Below, in pieces: positions 36,981-44,653 of a stretch of 64,000 nt of DNA. The DNA comes from an uncultured Bdellovibrionales bacterium (GTDB lineage: Bacteria; Patescibacteriota; Minisyncoccia; Moranbacterales; UBA1568). Within the stretch, counting starts at the first letter, position 1. Each line of letters begins with the position of its first letter. A model generated the notes under the pieces. The model was not told the origin of the DNA, did not search any database, and was given only the letters and a program-made list of their open reading frames with translations. The position numbers were made by a program, and so were the translations under genes. The DNA lies in assembly GCA_964459475.1 (NCBI GenBank), contig CAYWLN010000001.1:6137-70136 (forward strand), written 5' to 3'.

Positions 36981-38177
36981 TTACGAGAAGAGCCGGGTCA
37001 GCTTGTCGAGGATCTGAAATTGAGCAAAATCACGTACCGTGACGAGGAGCATGAGGACAAGCAGGAGGATAAATCCGACCTGGTGGATCATCCCCTCCAC
37101 GCGATGACTCACTGGACTCCCCTTCAACTTCTCAATCAGGATAAAGAGGATGCGTCCACCATCAAGCGCCGGAATCGGAAGAATGTTGATGATACCGAGG
37201 TTGATGGAGAGGAGCGCGGCAAACTGGAGGAGGTACGGGAGACCGAGATCACTCATCTGCTTTGTCAGGTAGACGATGCCGACTGGGCCAGTGACATCAA
37301 GCGCCGTCTTGGCTCCGCCAAAGAGTGAAGCAATCATCATCCCAAAGGCACCAAGGATAGCGAGCGTGATGTCATAGGTCGCGATAGCTCCCCGATAGAT
37401 AGCCTCGTACCATGGGTACGACACTACTGCGGTCTCGGAAAAAGAAATCCCGAGTGCGCCCTCCGTCGCCGGATACTCGGTACGAGGAGTCCCCGAGAGG
37501 GTGAGGGGCTTGCCAAATCGGTCCACCACCACTGTGATAGTCTGTCCCTTATGGCTACTGATAGCCTGGGTCACCTGATCAAGCGTCGTGATGGCCTCAC
37601 CGTTGATACTCACAATAGCGTCACCCATACTAAGACCCATCGTCTCGGCTGGGGTCCCCTTACCGACGGCGAGGACCTGGATCTTGGCATCAGCGAACTT
37701 ACCATGATCAGCTGGCTCAATGGGCTGAGGCAAACCGAGCATAAAGACGACTGAGATGAGGAACCAGGCAAAGAGAAAGTTCATGAAGACTCCGGCAGCG
37801 AGTACCCGGATCCGGGTCCAAGCGGACTTGCCCGCGAAACTGGTCGGGTCAGTGGTATCGTGTCCATCCTCACCAGCGATTTTCACAAACCCACCGAGAG
37901 GAATCCAGTTGAGCGAATACACCGTCTGCCCACTCGGCATTTCTTTGCTCCCCCACACAAGCTCGTACTTGCCCTCGGCATTCTTGGTCACCCCAAAGAG
38001 TCGGGGCGGGAAACCAAAACCAAATTCGTCCACCCGGATACCATTCCATCTGGCGACCAGGAAATGTCCCAGCTCATGCACAAACACGAGGAGACCGAGG
38101 ATGATGACAAAAATGAGGATAGTGAGCATAACGTCAAAAATAAAATTTACAAAACACAGAGCACAAAAACCAAACAA
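36981..38177 (-). CDS. rseP: RIP zinc metalloprotease RseP/site-2 protease with PDZ domain (probable start MLTILIF at about 38129)
   Basis: 'VFVHELGHFLVAR' HExxH motif in TM1, a central PDZ, and the C-terminal 'LSINLGIINILPIPALDGG' motif. Confidence 0.85.
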   Translation of the reverse strand: MFGFCALCFVNFIFDVMLTILIFVIILGLLVFVHELGHFLVARWNGIRVDEFGFGFPPRLFGVTKNAEGKYELVWGSKEMPSGQTVYSLNWIPLGGFVKIAGEDGHDTTDPTSFAGKSAWTRIRVLAAGVFMNFLFAWFLISVVFMLGLPQPIEPADHGKFADAKIQVLAVGKGTPAETMGLSMGDAIVSINGEAITTLDQVTQAISSHKGQTITVVVDRFGKPLTLSGTPRTEYPATEGALGISFSETAVVSYPWYEAIYRGAIATYDITLAILGAFGMMIASLFGGAKTALDVTGPVGIVYLTKQMSDLGLPYLLQFAALLSINLGIINILPIPALDGGRILFILIEKLKGSPVSHRVEGMIHQVGFILLLVLMLLVTVRDFAQFQILDKLTRLFS

Positions 38178-38276
38178 AACATAGAACTCAAACCACTAAA
38201 ACTACTTTCTCCAATTGTGTTTTCTGGATTGTGCTTTGTTTGGCATTTGTGTTTTTGAAAAATGTGCTTTCCCAAA

Positions 38277-38834
38277 CTACACTGTCATCACTTCTTCTTC
38301 TTTCTTCTTGCGGAGGACTTCGAGTTTCTGATTGTATTCATCGATGACTTTTTGGAGTTCGTCCTTGCCAGCGAATTTGTCGTCTTCGGAGATAGTCCCT
38401 TCCTTTTCAAAATCCTGGATGTCTTTCCAGATTTCTTCGCGGATGTTGCGGACGGCGATACGAGCCTCCTCGGCGCGCTGGTTCAATGACTTGACCAGGG
38501 ACTTACGGGTCTCCTCAGTGAGAGCCGGGAGCGTGATCCGGAGGGCGACGCCATCATTGCCGGGATTGAGTCCCAGGTCGGATTCACGGATGGCTGCTTC
38601 AATGAGGACCAGTGACCCCTTGTCCCACGGCGAGATGAGGATCTGACGGGCTTCGGGGATGCTGATGCTCGCTATCTGACGGAGTGGAGTGCGCGTACCA
38701 TAATAATCCACCGAGAGGTTTTCGACCAGTCCTGGATGAGCCCGGCCCGTGCGAATCTTGGCCATTTCAACAGAAAAATGTTCAATCGCACTCTCGAAAC
38801 TGGCTCGTTTGTCTTCAATCAATTCTTTGACCAT
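38277..38834 (-). CDS. frr: Ribosome recycling factor
   Basis: 185 aa, 'FSVEMAKIRTGRAHPGLVENLSVDYYG' conserved core. Confidence 0.9.
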   Translation of the reverse strand: MVKELIEDKRASFESAIEHFSVEMAKIRTGRAHPGLVENLSVDYYGTRTPLRQIASISIPEARQILISPWDKGSLVLIEAAIRESDLGLNPGNDGVALRITLPALTEETRKSLVKSLNQRAEEARIAVRNIREEIWKDIQDFEKEGTISEDDKFAGKDELQKVIDEYNQKLEVLRKKKEEEVMTV

Positions 38835-38872
38835 AGTCGTTCACTTAACAATCAACAATTATTAGGGGTATC

Positions 38873-39997
38873 TCACTTGATGTTGCGGAGGGCCATATAG
38901 ATGATGCTGGAATCGGCTGGGTCATAAGCGAGGACCGAGACGCTACGGTCGATGTAGAGGTCGACCACTGCCCAGGTATCGCCACCATTGGTCGAACGAT
39001 AGAAAGCGGAGCCGGCGGAAAAGATAATCTCCTGCGAATTGCGCGGATTCACGACGACGGTACGCACGGGGAACTTCTCAGCACTTTCGATGATGTTGAC
39101 CTTGTTCCACGTCCGGGTAAAGTCATCGCTCCGGTAGAGGCCACCATTCTTCGTCGCGTAGAGACGCCCAGAGACAATCGGATCAGCCGTGATAGAGAGA
39201 GCCATATCTGGCCCGCCAGTCGACGTCGTAGCGGGAGCATTGTTGTTGGTATTGGTCACTTGCATCTGGTCAGTCCACGCTACGCCACCATTGTCCGAAT
39301 AATAGATTTTCTTGTTGATACTCAAGGCATAGATCGACATGGGCTCGACTGCATCGAACGCAATCTCGGTAATAGGCCCATCGAGGGTCTGACCGACGTT
39401 CTTCCAAGTCTCACCACTATCGGTACTCTTCACCACAGTCCCGGCGCTTGTCCCCGCAAAGAGGACGTTGGTATCACGTGGATGCTGGGCGAGGATAGTG
39501 ATTACTACGCCAGCGCCTGGCTCGGTATAGACCGCGCGCCACTCGGTACCGCCGTCATCCGTCCGAAAAATCTTGCCGAGATTGCCGATGGTCCCCGAAG
39601 CGAACATGCGATTGTCCGGGTCGTTACGGTCTAGGATGAAACTATAGATTTTCTTCGGGGGAAAGACTATCTGCTCCCAGTACTCCCCAGCATCCATGGA
39701 TTTGAAGATGCCGTGATCGGCGGTCGCGATATAGAGGATGTTCGAGTCATTGGGGTGAAACGAGAGCGCCAACACGTCGGCTTTGGTGATAGACTGCTTG
39801 TCATCCACCCGCGACTTGACCTCAAAAGTCTGGCCTGAATCGATGCTCTTCCAGACACTGCCGGCCTGAATCTTTTTGCCAAAGACATCAGTCGGTTGCT
39901 CACTCGCGGTCGGTGTCGGGACACTAAACGGCAACTGGATGGTACATCCGGACAAAACAACCGCCGACACCACAAGTAAGAGTGATTTTTTGAACAT
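38873..39997 (-). CDS. BNR/Asp-box repeat lipoprotein (Ycf48-like / sialidase-like beta-propeller)
   Basis: Lipobox 'VLSGC' and five SxDxGxTW Asp-box repeats (SIDSGQTF, TDDGGTEW, STDSGETW, SDNGGVAW, STNGGDTW). Confidence 0.65.
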   Translation of the reverse strand: MFKKSLLLVVSAVVLSGCTIQLPFSVPTPTASEQPTDVFGKKIQAGSVWKSIDSGQTFEVKSRVDDKQSITKADVLALSFHPNDSNILYIATADHGIFKSMDAGEYWEQIVFPPKKIYSFILDRNDPDNRMFASGTIGNLGKIFRTDDGGTEWRAVYTEPGAGVVITILAQHPRDTNVLFAGTSAGTVVKSTDSGETWKNVGQTLDGPITEIAFDAVEPMSIYALSINKKIYYSDNGGVAWTDQMQVTNTNNNAPATTSTGGPDMALSITADPIVSGRLYATKNGGLYRSDDFTRTWNKVNIIESAEKFPVRTVVVNPRNSQEIIFSAGSAFYRSTNGGDTWAVVDLYIDRSVSVLAYDPADSSIIYMALRNIK

Positions 39998-40102
39998 AGT
40001 TTTGATAGATTCTTTGACTTCAGTATAGCAGAAAATATCCTGGGAAAACAGGGCCTCTCTGGCTCATTTTTGCCAAATCTCTCCCTATGCTAGAATCGGA
40101 AT

Positions 40103-40528
40103 ATGTCACAATCTCCCCTTCCCACTGGTATGGTTTTTGGTGTTTTTGATGGATTTCATCCTGGACACCAGTTTTTCCTCTCACAAGCTCGAGCGCGCTG
40201 TGAGAGACTCGTCGTCGTGGTCGCCCTCTCGGAGGTAGTCGAGCGGATGAAGAAGCGTCCGCCACTCTATAGCTACGAAGAGCGCGTGGCTCGCATAAAG
40301 GAGTTTGATAGTAGCCTCACGGTAGTCCCGAGTGATCCCGGTCTCGGTGACTGGCAGGTACTCAAGAATCACCAGCCTGATATCGTATTCCTCGGATATG
40401 ATCAGGTCGCTCTCGGCCAAGCCCTCGCTGACATCGCTATGCCCCATGCCTTCATCGACTCCCACTACCCCGAAAAGTACAAGTCCGGTTTGCTCCGTTC
40501 GGCGCAAGAAACTAAGGAGGGCAATTGA
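40103..40528 (+). CDS. Cytidylyltransferase-like nucleotidyltransferase (HxGH superfamily)
   Basis: 'GVFDGFHPGHQFFL' (T/H)xGH motif. Size is about 140 aa. Confidence 0.6.
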   Translation: MSQSPLPTGMVFGVFDGFHPGHQFFLSQARARCERLVVVVALSEVVERMKKRPPLYSYEERVARIKEFDSSLTVVPSDPGLGDWQVLKNHQPDIVFLGYDQVALGQALADIAMPHAFIDSHYPEKYKSGLLRSAQETKEGN

Positions 40529-40576
40529 CGGATTGGCTCAAATTCATTAGACTACACACTGTTATGTGAAAATCAT

Positions 40577-40640
40577 GGGTGCGTAGCTCCCTCCGGAGGC
40601 GGGCGGGCAGTCGGTACCTCCTTGGAGCTAGCGGTACAGC
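40577..40640 (+). pseudogene. Degenerate 5' fragment of tRNA-Lys (first 13 nt, D-loop and D-stem 3' strand recognisable, interrupted by 19-nt and 8-nt insertions; no anticodon or T arm)
   Basis: GGGTGCGTAGCTC[ccctccggaggcgggcgggc]AGTCGGTA[cctccttg]GAGC matches GGGTGCGTAGCTCAGTCGGTAGAGC of the intact tRNA 105 bp downstream. Confidence 0.35.
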
Positions 40641-40681
40641 ACGTTTGGTTGTCACGTAGAAAAGTTCCTATACAAATATTT

Positions 40682-40757
40682 GGGTGCGTAGCTCAGTCGG
40701 TAGAGCAGTGGCCTTTTAAGCCAACGGTCGAGGGTTCGATTCCCCCCGCACCCACCA
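40682..40757 (+). tRNA. tRNA-Lys (anticodon UUU), CCA encoded
   Basis: GGGTGCGTAGCTCAGTCGGTAGAGCAGTGGCCTTTTAAGCCAACGGTCGAGGGTTCGATTCCCCCCGCACCCACCA. Cloverleaf with anticodon loop CTTTTAA and T-loop TTCGATT. Confidence 0.85.
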
Positions 40758-40760
40758 ATC

Positions 40761-40790
40761 AAAAAAGACCCTATTTCAGGGTCTTTTTTC
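40761..40790. terminator. Bidirectional terminator AAAAAAGACCCTATTTCAGGGTCTTTTTT serving tRNA-Lys (+) and serS (-)
   Basis: 6-bp stem AGACCC/GGGTCT flanked by A6 and T6. Confidence 0.6.
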
Positions 40791-40806
40791 TTTCTAACAA
40801 GGCATT

Positions 40807-42129
40807 CTACCCCTTCGGTCGAATCACGTCCTTACCAACAAAGGGGCGGAGGACTTCAGGGACAACAACTGAGCCGTCAGCCTGTTGATAGTTCTCGAGG
40901 ATTGAGATAAAGATACGAGGGCTCGGGAGAGCAGTATTGTTGAGCATATAGACATGCTTCTTGTCACCATTCTCGTCCTTGTACTTCACGTTGAGGCGAC
41001 GTGACTGCCAGTCAAGGAAGTTCGAGGCTGATCCTGTCTCTCCATAGCGGTTCATCCCTGGCATCCAGGCTTCGAGGTCAAAGGCACGGTATTTGCCGGC
41101 ACTCATGTCGCCACTACAGATCTGAATCTTGCGGTACGGGAGACCCAGTTCACGATGCATTTCTTCGGAGACAGCGATCATTTCTTCCTGAAGCTGGTTG
41201 GCCAAATCAATATCGGCCGGACAGAGCACAACCTGCTCCACTTTCATGAATTCATGTACTCGATACATGCCCTTGGTGTCCTTACCATAGCTCCCAATCT
41301 CACTGCGATAGCATTGACTGAATCCTGCGAGGCGGAGTGGCAGCGTCGCACCATCGAGCACCTCGCCCGAGTAATACGCGAGGAGCGATGGCTCGGCAGT
41401 CCCGACCAAGAACTTGGCTTCTTTGGAGACACTCCCATCGGCTTCTTTGTCTGAGGTAGCGACCTGATAGATCTCATCGACGCCACCATCATATTCGAGT
41501 CCCTTGAAATAGCCACTGCCAAAGAGTGGAAAGCCTTTGACCAGGGTCGGTGGAATCATCGGAGCAAATCCCTTCGCGACCATTTTCTGGATAGCATAGA
41601 GCATCACACCCATGACGAGGAGCGTCCCCTCGTTCTTGAGATAATAGCCCCGATAGCCAGACACTTTGGTCCCCCGCTCGAGGTCGAGGATATCGAGCAT
41701 CTGGCCGAGCTCGATGTGGGTACGCGGAGTGAAATCAAACGACTTAATCTCGCCATACTTCCCGACTTCTTGATTCTCAGCATCACTCTTGCCCAGCGGT
41801 GTGTCTGGAGAAATGATATTGGGTACCTGGGCCATGAGCACTTCAAACTCATCTTTCACCCGAGCAAAGAGAGGCTCAACGGCCTCTGTTTTTTGCTTGA
41901 TTTCTTTGCCCTTCTCGATCACTTCGGCCCGCTCTTCGGGAGTCTTCGCCTGCTTGATCAGGTCATTAATATCATTCTTGAGCGACTGGAGCTCCTCAAT
42001 TTCCTGGAGAAGTGCAATACGCTCTCGGTCCTTGGCGAGAAGAGCATCAACATCGACTGACAGATTCTTGGCGGAGACAGCCGCTTTGACGGCATCGACA
42101 TTGTTTCGGATGAATTGAATATCTAGCAT
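40807..42129 (-). CDS. serS: Serine--tRNA ligase
   Basis: N-terminal coiled-coil 'MLDIQFIRNNVD...' and class II core motifs ('FRSEIGSYGKDTKGMYRVHEF'). Confidence 0.9.
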   Translation of the reverse strand: MLDIQFIRNNVDAVKAAVSAKNLSVDVDALLAKDRERIALLQEIEELQSLKNDINDLIKQAKTPEERAEVIEKGKEIKQKTEAVEPLFARVKDEFEVLMAQVPNIISPDTPLGKSDAENQEVGKYGEIKSFDFTPRTHIELGQMLDILDLERGTKVSGYRGYYLKNEGTLLVMGVMLYAIQKMVAKGFAPMIPPTLVKGFPLFGSGYFKGLEYDGGVDEIYQVATSDKEADGSVSKEAKFLVGTAEPSLLAYYSGEVLDGATLPLRLAGFSQCYRSEIGSYGKDTKGMYRVHEFMKVEQVVLCPADIDLANQLQEEMIAVSEEMHRELGLPYRKIQICSGDMSAGKYRAFDLEAWMPGMNRYGETGSASNFLDWQSRRLNVKYKDENGDKKHVYMLNNTALPSPRIFISILENYQQADGSVVVPEVLRPFVGKDVIRPKG

Positions 42130-42200
42130 AGGGGGTAGCTTACCTTTAACTTAACAGCTTCCAGTGTACCGTTTTTCCTTAGAAACAGCAAAGGCCCTGA

Positions 42201-42761
42201 TTACCTACTGCTTTTCTCGTTCCTCAAATACTCGTTTGCCTTCAAAATAAGAACGCATGTCGGCCCATGAGTAATTGCTCCATCCATTACCATGCCTACT
42301 GCTTCTTGGAACGGCATCTTTACCAGATCAATCTGCTCCGTGCCCTCTGGTGAAGCTTCACCCCCTGTAACAATTCCTCGTGCAAGAAAAAGAGTAGCCG
42401 GGCTATCAATAACAGAAGTAAAAGGGTCGACGTTGCCCAAAGGAATCCACTCTGAAGCCATCATGCCAGTTTCTTCTTGGAGTTCTCGTTTGGCAGCAGT
42501 GAGAGCGTCTTCATCTTTATCAATACCACCACTCACTGATTCTATACTCTCCCTGTTAATGGCAAAACGAAACTCTTTGGTCAAATATACCATGCCATCG
42601 GAGTCCATTGGCAGCACAGAAACACCGGCTACCATTTCTATGATTCCAAAAATTCCGTCTTTTCCATCGGGACGTACGACCTGATGCTCAGTCACAGTAA
42701 TCCATCTATTCTTGTACTTTTCAATACTCTCTTTGATTTTCCAGGGTCCGTGAGTTTGCAT
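42201..42761 (-). CDS. NUDIX hydrolase (ADP-ribose pyrophosphatase-like)
   Basis: Nudix box 'GGIDKDEDALTAAKRELQEETGM'. Confidence 0.75.
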   Translation of the reverse strand: MQTHGPWKIKESIEKYKNRWITVTEHQVVRPDGKDGIFGIIEMVAGVSVLPMDSDGMVYLTKEFRFAINRESIESVSGGIDKDEDALTAAKRELQEETGMMASEWIPLGNVDPFTSVIDSPATLFLARGIVTGGEASPEGTEQIDLVKMPFQEAVGMVMDGAITHGPTCVLILKANEYLRNEKSSR

Positions 42762-42905
42762 AATAAGAATTCTCTTTACTATTGTGGTCGCTGGTGGATT
42801 CCCAGCCCGCAGAAGCTACGCTTCAGGCGTTGCTGGCGGGGAACCACCGACCCCAGCAACCTGCCCCGCACCAAATTTAAACAAACACTACGCTAAAGAA
42901 TACGG

Positions 42906-42979
42906 TGGTCGCACCTGGACTCGAACCAGGGACCTCTGCAATGTGAATGCAGCATTCTAACCAACTGAACTATGCGACC
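42906..42979 (-). tRNA. tRNA-Val (anticodon CAC), CCA not encoded
   Basis: Minus-strand GGTCGCATAGTTCAGTTGGTTAGAATGCTGCATTCACATTGCAGAGGTCCCTGGTTCGAGTCCAGGTGCGACCA, with a 7-bp acceptor stem, anticodon loop TTCACAT and T-loop TTCGAGT. Confidence 0.8.
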
Positions 42980-42994
42980 AAATTTTTGACACTC

Positions 42995-44479
42995 TTACTC
43001 TTTGTCTTTCATCGGCGGAAAGATGACCGTCTCGCGGATGGAGCGGTTCATGAGGATAGCAAAGAGTCGTTCGCTCATCCCGAACCCGCAGGCTGGTGGC
43101 ATACCGTACTCAAGCGCCTGGATGAAGTCCTCGTCGAGCATCATCCCCTCTTTGTCGCCAGCATCGCGGAGCTTCATCTGCTCCTCAAAGCGAGCCCGTT
43201 GATCAATTGGGTCATTGAGCTCCGCAAACCCATTCCCAAGCTCGCTCTTGCCGGCAATCGGCTGGAAACGGAGGGTTCGGCGAGGATTGTTCGGATCAAG
43301 CTTGGCGAGTGGCGACACTTCGAGTGGATGTCCCACCAAGAAACACGGCTGGAGCAATTTCTGGCGCACCGTTTTCTTGTAGATAGTATCGATCATGCGG
43401 CCCTTGCCGTAGTTCTTTTCGTACTTGATATGGAGTTCATCGGCTTTTTTCTGGAGCTCCGCGACGGTCACCTCGCCTGAGAGATCAATCCCTGTTTCTT
43501 TCTGAAACTCAGTGAAATAATCAACACGAGGGAAGTCCACATTCCAATCAATCGTCACGTCTTCATAGGTAGTCTGCATACTCTCACCGACGACGGCCCG
43601 GACGATGTCCTTGTAGAGACGCTCCACGAGCGCCATGCCCTGCTCCATGTTCATGTAGGCGGCGTAAAACTCCATGTGATCAAACTCCTGGAGGTGCTCA
43701 CGGTCGATGCCTTCATTGCGAAAGACGCGCCCAATCTCAAACACCCGTTCATAGCCACCGACGAGGAGACGCTTGAGTGCGAGCTCGAGTGAGATACGGA
43801 GATAGAAGTCGGCATCAAGGGCATTGTGATGTGTCACAAATGGTTCGGCTTCGGCGCCACCGGGGATGTGTTCGAGGACCGGGGTCTGGACTTCGAGGAA
43901 ACGCTCCTCGGAGAGAATCCGCCGGACCGTCTGCCAAAACGCATTTTTCTTCACAAAGAGATCACGAGTCTCCTGATTCATGAGGAGGTCGAGGTAACGA
44001 CGACGGAGGAGTTCTTCTTCATCCTTCAATCCATAAAATTCGCTCGGGATAGGACGGAGAGACTTGCAGATCATCTGCCAAGACTCGACGCGAATACTCT
44101 TCTCATCTTGCTTGGTGAGAAATACTGGGCCCGTGAGTGCGAGGAAATCACCGAGGTCGACCGTCTCTTTGAATAATTTGAAAGACTCGTCACCAAGGGC
44201 CTCAAGTGCAAAAAAACCCTGTACTCGACCACTTCCATCTTCTACGTGACAGAAAGCAATCTTGCCCATGACCCGGAGCGACTTGACGCGTCCGACGACT
44301 GAGACCGGGGTCGCAGCGCTTTCAAGCGCTGTGAAATCCTGGAGCACCTCGGCACTGGTATGAGTCCGAACGACTGTATCAGGATAGGCCGTTTTGGCGG
44401 CTCCTGTAATCTTCTCGAGCTTTTCGAGTTTAGTTGTGAGAATATCTTCACGCATACCCGGTAGTGAAACTTCGAACAC
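42995..44479 (-). CDS. lysS: Lysine--tRNA ligase (class II)
   Basis: N-terminal OB-fold anticodon-binding 'GRVKSLRVMGKIAFCHVEDGSGRVQ' and class II motifs ('FRNEGIDREHLQEFDHMEFY'). Confidence 0.9.
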   Translation of the reverse strand: MFEVSLPGMREDILTTKLEKLEKITGAAKTAYPDTVVRTHTSAEVLQDFTALESAATPVSVVGRVKSLRVMGKIAFCHVEDGSGRVQGFFALEALGDESFKLFKETVDLGDFLALTGPVFLTKQDEKSIRVESWQMICKSLRPIPSEFYGLKDEEELLRRRYLDLLMNQETRDLFVKKNAFWQTVRRILSEERFLEVQTPVLEHIPGGAEAEPFVTHHNALDADFYLRISLELALKRLLVGGYERVFEIGRVFRNEGIDREHLQEFDHMEFYAAYMNMEQGMALVERLYKDIVRAVVGESMQTTYEDVTIDWNVDFPRVDYFTEFQKETGIDLSGEVTVAELQKKADELHIKYEKNYGKGRMIDTIYKKTVRQKLLQPCFLVGHPLEVSPLAKLDPNNPRRTLRFQPIAGKSELGNGFAELNDPIDQRARFEEQMKLRDAGDKEGMMLDEDFIQALEYGMPPACGFGMSERLFAILMNRSIRETVIFPPMKDKE

Positions 44480-44653
44480 GAAGTAGTCAGAAAATTGATT
44501 CTATTGCACAGACTCTCCCCGTGAGACTACCTCGAAATTTCACGGCTTACTAAAAAATTTCGAAGTTCTACTATCCGGGCATATAGACCCATAATAGCCT
44601 CTCCTAAAGCAAAAAGCAAGATTTGGCCAAATTTGCCCACTCCATAAACAGGG

